A stretch of 64,000 nucleotides of DNA from Eledone cirrhosa. Its lineage: Eukaryota. The position numbers and the translations under genes were made by a program. Below, one piece after another: positions 14,456 to 27,752 of the stretch (position 1 is the first letter of the stretch; the number at the start of each line of letters is the position of its first letter). The stretch spans positions 379,006,001-379,070,000 of the forward strand of contig OZ024740.1 in NCBI GenBank assembly GCA_964016885.1. Direction: 5' to 3'. The notes under the pieces are model-generated. The model made no database searches. It worked only from the letters and a program-made list of their open reading frames with translations, and was not told where the DNA came from.

Positions 14456-17400
14456 CAATGTTAGCATGCTGTATATAAATAACTTTACTTGAATGTTGAA
14501 CTTATTGATAGCTGTGAATTCCAGTGGTGTATGTCATATATAACTGCTGATAATTATTGACTCAATTTTGTTTAGGTCATACGTCTATAAATAATGACCA
14601 ATTAGTGACATGTAAGAATTCTTTGTTTGTTTGTCTGTGTGATCAGTCATGTTTAATTTTTATTTTACATTTGACATTGTTTCTATCGTCTGACAGCCAT
14701 GATTATCTCATTCACCATTTACAGCTATTTCATCTTCGATGGATATATGAAGTTTAATTTCCTTTAAAGAATCTTTGATGATCTTTCTTTTGAAAATATT
14801 CCCGAAAAGCGTAGAGACTAAGTTGTTGTCTTTATTACTTTGCAAAGAGCATTAGTAACTTTTGTGAAACTGTTAAAAACTGGAATCACACCCACAGGCA
14901 CATTTTGTTCAGAATTTTCCAACGCACATTAGCTCAGTGTTTTCTTTTTGTCTTTAAGGATTATGAAATGTCAGCCATGTCAAACCTAAATGAGATGATA
15001 AAAATATTTCTTTTAGTTTTGTTTTTCCTTTAATGATTTCCTATACTCAATAGATATTGGAATCTGAACATAAAGAAATAATACGATAATTTTGGATCTT
15101 TGTAGTCACTTCAAACAACGGAAGAACCTTTACACTTTCAGATCATTTGCGGTTTTCAAATACTTGAAAACAAACAACAACTAAATATTCTATTGCTTTT
15201 ACCAATAATGATTTAATATTGTTTGGTGTGTTTCTTTTAATACAGGGAAGAAAATAACGGCTTTGACAAATCTAAAATAAGTTATATTATGCAAAAACTA
15301 ATTGAATTGTTTAGCTAATTGTTTGAAATTCTATAAATTGAGGCTAGTTCTTACAAAACAAGTCAGTGTATAAATAATCTATATCTATATCGGATTCAAG
15401 GTTTCTTTAGAATCTCCTTGGAAAAATGGAAAAGAAAAGAAGAAAGCTAATTTTTACAAAACAAGTCAGCGAATGAATTATCTATATTTACTTTGGATTC
15501 AAAGTTTGTTTAGAATCTTCTTTGAAAAAAGAAAAAAATGATGCAATTACTTTATTAGCGAAAGGGTTATTGTATAATCGGATCTAAAGATACCAAATAG
15601 CTTTTTAAACGCTATTTGTGTTTCTGACACTTTTCCACTGAGTAACAAATATTACAATATACAATATACTATTATTGTATACACTTTCCAAAAGCTTTCT
15701 GACTATCTTCTTCAAAGAGAGATAAGCCTGATGAAATTACTGTACTAAAATAGACAGTAGCCGAAAACAATATTCTTAGATAGAATTCTTCCCCTTACAT
15801 ATAAATAAAATCTTTCAGAATTATAATCTGTTTTCAAAGGGAACTAAAGCAACTAATAGTATGTGCATCACAGAAACACAGCTAATTGTGTTTTGATTTG
15901 AAGTGGTAGCATAATGTGAATAGAATTATTTTCTATGGCATCTGAGTCAATTTCACATGAATAAATCCTGAATTAAAGAATAATGTTTGATATAATATGA
16001 CAGTCTTTATGAGAGTCTATGATTTGAGCAAGCTATGGAACTAGAGGAAATGAAGATATGTTACTACGACTACTTATAAATTACTCCCGGGTAATGTGTA
16101 ATGCACCTAACCTTTTCTCACGGCAAATACTGAGACTCAGTCGAACCAAACGAAGAAGCCCCTATTTGGTTATTAGATTTAAAATAGCAACAAAATCTAA
16201 AAGCGCACCCAATACCTATTAAATAATGTAGTCTCTGAAAATGTAATTCCTTTAAACTCGGGTTGAAGAACAATAATACCTGAGAGACAGAATAGAGGTA
16301 ACTAAGGGAATTAGATATTCTGACAACTACTGCAGTATCACTGTATTTGCTTTACCCTTTGATTACACAGATGAATTTGCTTCATCATGAAATAGCGTTT
16401 ACAATATATCTCATTGAAAACATGAAATATGGAAAAAAGCAAAATATGGAGAAAATAAGGAGAGAATATTAGATAGAGAGACATATAGATAGAGAGGAGA
16501 GAGAGAGAAAAAGCGAGAGAGAGAGAGAGGGAGGGAGAGAGAGAGAGAGAGAGAAATCCAAGGTGAGAAAAAGAGATGAAAAGAAATGAAAGGCAACATT
16601 TGAAAAATCACCCGAAGAACTCTCCATTTTAGTGAAGAAAACAATTTTTCAGTATTGATTTGGAAAGGAAAGCTCTGAAAACTGTAGCATAGAAAATTTG
16701 AGTTACCTGTATGTGATATAATATAAACATTATTATACTAGGCAGAACAATATTATTAACGATTTAATGCAGCTTGCTCAGTTCATCGCTACTAACTACT
16801 ATGTTGATGAAAGCAAATTAAATATTTTAGAAGTATCTACATTAAGATTTGCTTGTTTTTTTAATAATTAAAAACTGTACAGTTTATAGGACATGGAGAG
16901 CAGCAAAATTGATATCTTGTAATATCATACATTGAAAGTTGTAAGTATACAACAACAACAAAAATCTAGTATAAGTCAGCATAGTACAGCATAGTACAGA
17001 TCATTCCTTACCATAATACAGAAATGATATGAATTGAAAATCACACAAGCAAATGTAATAATGCAATGCTCTTGCTTATAGTATATTTATCTGTTTACAC
17101 TGCTTACAGTGTTTCCATTGTAACTACTTCTGCTTAGTCTGACTTATTTGTGTTCTTTCTTATGGAAATGATAGTGTTGATTACCGGATATAAATACGGA
17201 ACGATTTGTTTGATAGGTCAACACATTATTGACTAGGTTAGCTGCAAGTTTCTTTACTTGCAACCATACGTGCTAGACGTTTACTTCAGATAAATATTGT
17301 TTTTCATTCAGTTGTAGCTAGCATCATAGAGAGACTCAACAGCTGGACACCCTTTCAACTAATAGAACGATGTCGTTTAATTTCCTTTTTAAAATGATCT

Positions 17401-17503
17401 ATTTCATTCTATGTCACCAACACACTAAAAAGACCTTACAGATTCCCAAGTTCCACTTTCATTAAGTAAAGGGCCTCTCTACACCTATTGAAAGAAATAT
17501 ATA

Positions 17504-18383
<880 letters not shown>

Positions 18384-18603
18384 CCATTACATGTCTTTAT
18401 CAATATTTTCAATTCACAAAGAAATTCGTATTTTCTGGCATGTTTACATGCCTACATATTAAATATGTGTATATTTATATACACATTAGTGCAGTCTCAG
18501 TTACCCACTCTGTATGTATACAGATTTAACATTATCGTACACTTCAGGTGGTAGCACACTTTTAACACACACGCACACACACACACACATATATATATAT
18601 ATA

Positions 18604-18676
18604 CAGAGTTTCCCAAAAAATGTATACGCACTTCAACATCATTCTAATAAAAGTGTGTAAACATTTTTGGGACACC

Positions 18677-18679
<3 letters not shown>
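18604..18679. mobile_element. 76-bp Tc1/mariner MITE
   Basis: About 29-bp imperfect TIRs CAGAGTTTCCCAAAAAATGTATACGCACTT / AAGTGTGTAAACATTTTTGGGACACCCTG inside (TA)n. Confidence 0.75.
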
Positions 18680-18716
<37 letters not shown>

Positions 18717-19023
18717 AAGATCACATTAGAGTACCTTAAATTAAAGGAAACCCTATGCGTATTTTCCCAGAGGCAAAATTAGTTATGACCTCTTAGCTGC
18801 AACTATCACGGACTAAGCTTTTTTGAATTATGTTCTAAGCGATATTATTCACTGAGATGTAATGTATATGACTGACTAATTTTTCTTATATATATATATA
18901 TTGAGTGTAATAAGGCTATTATTTCTAGCATAATCACTCATACCACTTATTGCGTGCAGCCCACGAGGAGCATATTTTTACTCCTCCGGTTGGTGTTAGA
19001 TGTGTTTTGTTTCATTTGATCTA

Positions 19024-19112
19024 ATCTCTCACTGATGATAGCCTACAGATTATCTGTTACAAATACGATTTTCAGGGCGAAACAGATTAAATCTCTAATA
19101 TGTCCGAGAGAT
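19024..19112 (+). ncRNA. Type I hammerhead ribozyme motif
   Basis: Stem I ATCTCTC/GAGAGAT, CTGATGA at 19032-19038, stem II GCC..GGC, GAAA at 19079-19082, stem III CA..TG, cleavage triplet GTC at 19102-19104. Confidence 0.7.
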
Positions 19113-19390
19113 GAAATGTTTTTGATACGGTCAGTATAAAATTATATCCTACTGTATGTTTAAGATTAAATATTTAAAACATTTGTGGCATTCTCTACCC
19201 TACCCTCGTAATTTTAGATACGAAATTTACTGTGTTTATTTATACATATATTACTATATAATTGTTTCTACTTTAGGCACAAGACCAGCAATTACCCAGT
19301 GCATATATTACTATATAATTCTCAGTATTTATACTTTGAGATTGTTTAATTGCAGGGTATCAATATGAGTTAATAACTCTGTATTTTACT

Positions 19391-19471
<81 letters not shown>

Positions 19472-19474
<3 letters not shown>

Positions 19475-19921
19475 CTCACCAATGCCAAATTACCTACCAC
19501 AAACCCACAACCAAGTATCAACAAATGTGGTCGCTCTAATTGTGGAACCTGCACTCACCTCATTGAAGGCAACACGTATACATTTAAATCAGGACAAAAT
19601 TTTACTGTAAAAAATCACTTCACTTGCTCATCAAAAAATTTACTTTATGCCATTAAATGTAAAGGATGCAATGAAGATTATATAGGACAAACTAAACTCA
19701 CACTCAGAAACAGAATGACAGTTCATCGCCAACAATTACGAGATCCAACCACGAGACAGATACCACTAAGTGCACATCTAGACATTTGCGCAAGTAATAA
19801 GACACCCAAATTCCAAGTCTTCCCATTTTACCTTTGCGCTAACAATACAACAGAACAAATGCGAATAAATAAGGAAAATATGTTTATTCAAAAATATAGA
19901 CCAACATTAAATAAGGTTTAA
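19472..19921 (+). CDS. Penelope-like GIY-YIG endonuclease domain (uninterrupted 5'-truncated ORF fragment)
   Basis: KCGRSNCGTC...FTCSSKNLLYAIKCKGCNEDYIGQT...LRNRMTVHR...KENMFIQKYRPTLN. Cys-rich linker plus GIY-YIG motifs. Confidence 0.9.
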
Positions 19922-20085
19922 TATACATTATGTCAACACCACAATATGACATACACACACACACATAACACCTTCTACTTTAGAAAATAAAAACCCGAAC
20001 TAAATAAACCTTAACATACGTTTGCACTGGCAATACAACAGCAAACACGAAAAAGTCAAGAAAATATGTTCATTCAAAAATATTC

Positions 20086-20135
20086 CTACTAAAGGAATCA
20101 CTTTCCTACACACACACACACACATACACACACAC

Positions 20136-20218
<83 letters not shown>

Positions 20219-20776
20219 TCTTCATCTTAACATGCTAACCATACCCCCACACACATAACACCCACACACACACATAACAACCCCCACACCTACAACTCCC
20301 TCCTCATTTCTACTAATAGAACCACTTTCCTACACACATATATATATACACACACACAAAATATATATTCTCTCCATCTTAACATACTCGCACACACACA
20401 CATAACACCCATATACACACACACAACTCCCTCCCCCATCTCTACTAATAGAATCATCTTCCTACTAAAGGAATCACTTTCCTACACACACACATACACA
20501 CACACACAATATATATATATATATATTCTCTTCATCTTAACATGCTAACCATACTCCCACACACATAACACCCACACACACACATAACAACCCCCACACC
20601 TACAACTCCCTCCCCATTTCTACTAATAGAACCACTTTCCTACACACATATATATATACACACACACACAAAATATATATTCTCTCCATCTTAACATACT
20701 CGCACACACACACATAACACCCATATACACACACACACAACTCCCTCCCCCATCTCTACTAATAGAATCATCTTCC
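20086..20776. repeat. Tandem duplication (about 375 and 315 bp) built of CA-rich sub-repeats
   Basis: CCTACTAAAGGAATCACTTTCC starts units at 20086 and 20461; the units differ mainly in microsatellite length. Confidence 0.85.
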
Positions 20777-21335
20777 AATACACACATACACACACACACA
20801 CACACATACACACACACAAGCACACAAATAAACACATATCTTCAGTCTCAATAGAAAATCTGAACTCTGACACCTGAACTCTGACAGCTGGCCATATTCA
20901 CTGAACCAGAACATTTCTCCCAATCCCTTTTCCCTTGACCACTATCTCTCCATTGTCATAACATTCACTATAAAGACTACAGAATAGTTTTCCAAATAAG
21001 GGCGCAAAAATGTAATGAAAACTTGTTCACGTGACAGCCAAATTTCATTTATAACCAACCAAAAAAAAGCCTTCGTGAGCCTCATTTTTTCAAGTAAAAA
21101 GAAATTCAAACACTCATGTATGAAAAAACAACCTGTGACAACCCCCCCCTCTCTCTCTCTTATTTGAAGAACTATTGTAACGCGAACTGGCGCGAAATTT
21201 ATTATAATTATTGACAAACCAATCAAATTACTTCTCGAAAAACCTGGCTTTCGAGCCACTTTTTCCATATAAAACAAGTAACATTTAGAGACCAACCAGA
21301 TGTGAGAAAAACCACAGACCCTCCATCTCAACTCA

Positions 21336-21373
21336 CCTTTTGAAAAGCAGAAGAACTGCGAAACCGGTAAAGG
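21336..21373 (+). ncRNA. Minimal hammerhead ribozyme with U3-A8 variant core
   Basis: CCTT-TTGAAAA-GCAG(aagaa)CTGC-GAAA-CCGG-TA-AAGG; stem III is the palindrome ACCGGT. Confidence 0.75.
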
Positions 21374-21504
21374 AACCAAATAAATATATATATTTAAAAA
21401 AAAAATAAGACTTCAGTTGCATTTTCGATTTCATCTCTTTTTCTTTATACTTCCACTCGTGTAGGACACCTCGGTTATTTTTCATTTTGTAAAAAAAACC
21501 TCAC

Positions 21505-21577
<73 letters not shown>

Positions 21578-21578
<1 letters not shown>

Positions 21579-22440
21579 TGTTATACTTTGGGAGGGCCAT
21601 GCTGCCTATAAAAACACACGCACCAGGTAAGTTTCACTCATTATTGTTTAAGTAAATAATTTTTTTTTCCATCGGTTAGTTTAATAACCGGATGGCTGTT
21701 TAGTTGTTAATTACCAAAGCTCTTTCGTCACACATTCTGTGACCTTTTCAGCGACAACTGTTGTTACTTTCTGTCTTCTCTTTGTTCTGTTTTACACCAT
21801 CTTGTCGTTATGGAGTACGCATGAGTTTGCGCGCACGCGAGCATGTACCGGTGTGTTTCTGCTTCTACTAGCTCTTGTGTACATATGTGTGTGCTTTTTC
21901 TCCCTTTCCTACGTCACTAGTTATAATGATTTTTGTATTCTATATATGTGTGTGGTAGTGGTGGTGGTGGTAGTGGTGGTGGGGGGGGGGGGGGCAGAGT
22001 CTGTGTATCTTGTTAGTTTTGTTTTTGTGTGTCTTTATATTGTCCTTAGTCACTATATTGTTATTATTCCATTCGTGTTTTCTTTCGAATTTTGGTCGAA
22101 GTTCACTTATATTTGTTGTTCTGTCATCTGTCGGAACATTGCAACTGTTCAGTGTGTAGATATAATTTTCATTTGATGTCCTCTGGCGAGTCATCATGTT
22201 CCATCCTGGCACATTGGTAGAGTACTGATGTATTTTTCTTGTATTGGACTTCTCGCCAGTATTCTTTCATCCATTTGCCTATACTCCGAACAGTCTCACC
22301 TATATATGTTGTATTCCTATTCTTACACTGTACCTCCATGCATCTTATGTTATAAACTACGTTCCTAGTTTTACAGTTAATCTGTAGACTATACATGTTC
22401 TATTAGTGCAGGGAGTTTTCGTAAAACGATACGTTCTACT
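21578..22440 (-). mobile_element. Second, different Penelope-like element 3' fragment (GIY-YIG)
   Basis: ORF 22169-22396 reads INCKTRNVVYNIRC...TYIGETVRSIG, with a frameshifted continuation ...FERKHEW. The 3' UTR contains an HHR-like motif. Confidence 0.8.
21709..21759 (-). ncRNA. Degenerate hammerhead motif
   Basis: AGTTGTCG-CTGAAAA-gGTCACA(gaatg)TGTGAC-GAAA-GAGC-TT-TGGTAATT; C3/A8 mismatch and a wobble-rich stem I. Confidence 0.5.
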
Positions 22441-23884
22441 AATCAGTGATTTTATGGGAATACTTTTCTTCTATCTTAATATTTAATTTTAATTTATCAA
22501 AAGCCCTTCTAAATCTGTATGCTAGATCGCCTCTGGTGGTTGTATTGGTAAGGATTGCATTCTGGTATTTGTTGCTGCCATACTATGAGTTGACCTTAAA
22601 TATATTCTTCATAACTCACTCTATCCTATTTAATATTAGTTTCTCTTTCTTTTTCATTGTTTATATACAAACATTATACATTCCAAATGATATGTGTTGA
22701 ACAAAATTGTTAGTTTACAAGACTAAAGTTAATGTGTTACAGTTTTGCGTTACTTTCATTTAGCCTCTGAGTTCAAATGCTAGTGTAGTGAACATTGATT
22801 TTTTCCCAAGGGTTTGATAAAATAGACAGGAAGAATATACTTCGTCAAATCACTCGATTAACTCTGTCTTGGGGACTTTTAGCAATTTAGGAAGTTATAT
22901 TTATCTTTTATATAGATTATATACATTAAAAAATCTTCATTTGTACTTTAATAAATACTTGAGAAGATAGCGAATTGGTTGAGGTACTAAAACGTCAGAT
23001 TGAATTCATTGTCATTTCTGACGGCTATTTTCGTTCGGAATTCAAATACCGCCGATGTCAACTTCACCTTTTACCTTGCTGAGGTCGGTGAAAAAAGTAC
23101 CCCAATCCATATATCTTTCTCGATTCCTTTCCATCAATTCATCTCTCCTTCACTAGAAGAAATTGATTCTCCTCAAACTGGGAGAGCGGGTGAGCACCAC
23201 TACGATTCCATCCAGTGTTACGAATTCATACATGCATATACTTGAGAAGGTAGCGAACTGCTTGTAATATCCAGGTAAAGCCATGTCACTTCGTTTACGC
23301 CATCAGTGTAGTTGGTAAACATACAAGTGTCTCAATATTACATTTAAATAATTTATAAATTTATTGGTCATGCCGCTTGTGAAAAAAATAAAAAAGAAAC
23401 TCCATGAATGCTGAAGAAAATTTCAAAACATTTTAATTAAGACATTTCGTTTCTACTAGTTTGACTTTGTATATTTGCCTTTTTATTAAAAGAAATCACT
23501 GTAGCAATTTAAAATCATACTTATCTCCAATTTTCTATTTGAATAAAATATTTTATGAAATTAAATTCATATTTATTTTACTCTATCTGAAATTTGATAC
23601 ATTTTATGAAAGCAAAAACACGTTGGTGTGTTGGACTTATGAATGTAATGTCATGCGTTCGGATGGTGTATTGGGTATGGTATGGTCCCGTAATGTATGC
23701 ATGTTACCGTAAATCCTGATAGAGTCGTAGGTGCACCGTATTGACATACAGTGTTTCTTGGGAATTTTAAGCCTGGCGGATCCCATCCCTCTCCAGGCCT
23801 GAGTACAGCAGATTTCTTCCAGAGAAATATAGAAAATGAGAGAGAGCAAATGAGGATGAGATATAGAGGAAGAATGGACCCCAG

Positions 23885-24020
23885 TTTTAAACTGGTACGT
23901 TTTTTTATCGACCTCGAAAGGATGAAAGGCAAAGTTAGCCTCGGCGGGATTTGAACTCAGAGAGCAGGAACGAATACCTTAAATCATTCTAATCGACGTT
24001 CTAACGACTCTGCCAATCCG
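23885..24020 (-). mobile_element. Older SINE family A-related copy
   Basis: TATCGACCTCGAAAGGATGAAAGGCAAAGTT...GGATTTGAACTCAG. Confidence 0.8.
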
Positions 24021-24988
24021 CTTGTGTGTTGTGTGCAAAAACACTTCATTTCACGTTGGTCTAATCAACTCAGCTGAAAGTGAGTATTACTAGCAGCTGG
24101 GGGTAACCCTGCGGTGGGATTAACGTTAACGAAGCCAAGATAAGCTCTGGTCTGATGAACCTCCGGGCAAAGGACAGGCTTCAGCCTTTTTTGTTTTATG
24201 ACTTGGGTTGTTAAACAAACAGCAATCTCTATATGCAACGTCACTGTACTTTCACTGTGAAACGTTTGTATTCATAATTGAAAACTGATTATATCACAGA
24301 ATACATTGACTCATATCATTACCAATTGCTGAAAATATGACTAATATGAATGGATTTTTTTTTAGTTTTAATGGATAGAATCTCTCTTTTTAATGCAAAA
24401 TCAGTTCAAGTGATAAAACAAAATTAATTGGATTTTACAATGTAGCCTTTAAAGAGGAACCGAACACCTAAGAGTTAAATAGTTGAAATCACTGAATTAA
24501 AATACAAAAATAAATAGATAACTGTAACTATAGGCATCTTCATGTAAATTTATTTATTCATTTTGGTGAATATTAATATGAGAAGACTGGTGCGCTAAGG
24601 AGTCTGTGTAATAAATACGTGTATGTTCACAAGCTCATACCATACAATGGCATCATGAACATATACTTGCTTTACAATGGTACGTTTCTGTAAAGTATTA
24701 AAAGTATGTATACATGTACTGAAACACATACGCTTGCACATACACACACGTATAAATATACATGTACGCATACACACATATCTATTTGTGCGTAAGCAGA
24801 CAAAGAAAATTACCAGTAGTCACTACATAAAGTAGAGAAGTGGAGTATATATATTATTTGGAAGCAGATGATTCATTCAATTATGAGCGAATGAATCAAC
24901 AGATTAGAACGAATATATATATATAGGATTTCTGTATGTATATAGGATGTATATATGTGTATATATATATATATATACAATGTATATA

Positions 24989-25032
<44 letters not shown>

Positions 25033-25038
<6 letters not shown>

Positions 25039-25268
25039 AGAAATGTAAGCTATAGCCGTATTTTGACTAAAGAAATTAAAGAAATTATTTAGCCTGATAG
25101 TGGTGTTAAGAACCCTCGGAGAAATGAAAAAAGATGAGTATTGACTCTCATGTACGTCAATACTCATCTTTTTTCATTTCTCCGAGGGTTCTTAACACCA
25201 CTATCAGGCTAAATAATTTCTTTAATTTCTTTAGTCAAAATACGGCGATAGCTTACATTTCTAATAAT
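25033..25268. repeat. Near-perfect fold-back inverted repeat (113-bp arms, 10-nt loop) in (TA)n
   Basis: Arms 25033-25145 and 25156-25268, one mismatch seen; loop TCTCATGTAC. Confidence 0.95.
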
Positions 25269-25352
25269 TTCAAACGCACTCGCTGTTTCGAAAATATTCT
25301 TACTTGACAATATATATATATATATATACAATGTATATACGTTGTATATAGG

Positions 25353-25408
<56 letters not shown>

Positions 25409-25529
25409 TATGTAAATCAATGAGTATTTAATCTTTCAAACAAACATTTAATTGAGCTATATTCTTACTTGTAACTGGGTAATATTTAATATTACTCAGC
25501 ATATATATATATATATATGTGTGTGTGTG

Positions 25530-25637
25530 TTAGAAATAGTCAGGGGCCAACGGCTGAGCTCTTGTTGTTTCGACACCAGTCTGGAATTAGCTGTCGAAAT
25601 GGCAAGAGCTTAACCGTCGCGTTGCGACTCTTTCTAA
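25530..25637. repeat. Imperfect hairpin / inverted repeat
   Basis: ACGGCTGAGCTCTTGTTGTTTCGACA pairs with TGTCGAAATGGCAAGAGCTTAACCGT; outer arms TTAGAAATAGTC / GACTCTTTCTAA. Confidence 0.8.
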
Positions 25638-27661
25638 TATTGTCACAGTCTTCTATCCCAAGTATGGAGTACTCTTCTGAATAATGGTATTACTAGTTTA
25701 AAATTAGTTAAATCCTGATATATATATGTATATATAATATTATTAGTGTCAGCTCCACAGGGTTGATCGCTAACTTAGGCTTCAAGACATATCCTTTTAT
25801 TAGCCTTAAAGTTTTATAATGGTTTACTTGGGAATATTTCTCTTCAGGCGAGTAGACAAGATGGCTGACGTTACGTCATATGAGATCTTCTGAGATAAAA
25901 GGTGTGTAAAAAAGTTAGGTATCCAATGGTTATTCATGTAGGCCCTACATAGGGCAATTCCTATGTTTATGTGTTAAAATTTACATATATTTATATATAT
26001 ATTGTTAAACTTGATATATATGTATATATATATTGTTAAACCTGAGATTTCAAAAGAGTCTTTACATTATGGAGAAAACAGAAATAGTGGTCACGTTAAT
26101 AGTGTTTTAAGACATCTTTACTGGGGTCGATTCTTTATATTTCATTCCCACTGCCCCTTCTCTTTCTTCTTCTCTAGAGGAAATTGGCTGTGCTGAGACA
26201 TGGAGAGGACATGTGCTCCGCCAGGTTAAGATTGCTCAAGTCACGCTGTATGTCACTTAGGCGCCCCTACGATTTCACCAACACCAACCTACAAATTGTC
26301 AAATTACATTCATACAGAATTATTCTGTTAGATTTTCTCGTTAATCTTTGGCAACCTAGTCACTAAAGATCATCCTTACTTCGAAGGATGTCTAGGATCA
26401 TAACCGTAATTTCTTGGAAGTATCGTGTTCTCACTAGAACAGATGCCCCCCCCCCCCATAATATGTGTCTACTACCTCCGTCTTTGTGATTTCTGTTTCT
26501 GTGAGAATTCCGAGCTATGTAAGGGATCTCCAAAAGTAGCACATAATATTTCAATGTGAAGCTGTCCTAACATTATAAGAAACAAGTTTTCTGCAAATAT
26601 TTCAATGTAGGTCTAGTGTTCTGTCTTTGTTGTAGCATAATGCAGTCGTCTACTCGCAACACTGATATTTGTTATGGATTATGATCAGAAAAAGTATCTT
26701 TGTTCAATAGTTACTGATCCAAGTTAAATCATTGGCATAATAGTGTTAGAAAAGCTTTAGTAAATTCCTCAGCTGTTCCGATAGCATCAGTATTACAAAA
26801 CGTGGTATAATGGACACATGATTGCCAATGTTTCCGCTTTTAATTCCTCAGGCAGCATGGAACATACACATACATCAATGTAGTTATACTCTTAAACAAA
26901 CTTATATGCTTAAACACGCTTACACACATTCTCACAAACACTAACACACACAGATACACAAAAACACGTGCACAGAGACACTTATATTTGAAGTAATTGT
27001 TTAATGTGACATTTTGTGAAACCCTAGAGTAAAACTGTCTTTCAGTGAAATAACATCATTAAATTATATATCTCAATTAATGTTTCTTTATCTTCTCCTC
27101 TACTTAGATATACAGAATGTCTGTCTTACTGTCTGTCTGTCTGTTTGTATGCATGTGTGTATGTATATGTGTACATGTCTGTGTATGTGAGTGTCTGTCT
27201 GTGTGTGAGTGTGTAAATTGACTTGGTAGGTTAGGAGGGACACAGGAGATTAGAAAGCAATCCGGATTCAAAGAATGAAAAACGGTATCACAAACAGTAG
27301 GAAATTGTAATTTGTAAACAATGTAGTTTTGGTTTAATTCCAGTTCACGTGACCAGCACGAAAGACAGTCCTGCTAGAATCCGGTGTTGAATCAACAAAG
27401 GAGCCTCCACTTAGTCACTCGAACGGATAGAAGTAGTTCCTGAAATCCACGCCCTACGTTTTTATACAAATAAATGGCACTCTGTATAATATTTTTCTCT
27501 CTCTTTTTCTGTATATATATATATAGTAGTAAAGGTGCAAAACTGGATTCCGTTCACAGGCGGTATGCCAAGATGAGCACTCGATGCTATTGTGGAGCAG
27601 ATTATCGATAATAATAGTTAGGGAACAAAGAATCAGTATTGTATCATATACATATTTAATC

Positions 27662-27752
27662 ACATGTTATATATGTTTCACTGTCGATCAGCTCGAGGAA
27701 CGATCAATTATGTTCGTTCCTGACTCTGCAATCGAAAGCTCCTCAGATATGT
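27662..27752 (-). ncRNA. Degenerate hammerhead motif with long stem II
   Basis: ACATAT-CTGAGGA-long hairpin (TCGAT..AGGAACGA/TCGTTCCT..ATCGA)-GAAA-CATATA-TA-ACATGT. The flanking sequence is homologous to 51455-51630. Confidence 0.55.

Larger units (their letters stand above)
19472..21511 (+). mobile_element. 5'-truncated Penelope-like element (Neptune-type) between (TA)n tracts
   Basis: GIY-YIG ORF end, a repetitive 3' region, then a terminal segment (21298-21511) carrying an HHR that recurs at 58955-59159. Confidence 0.85.
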
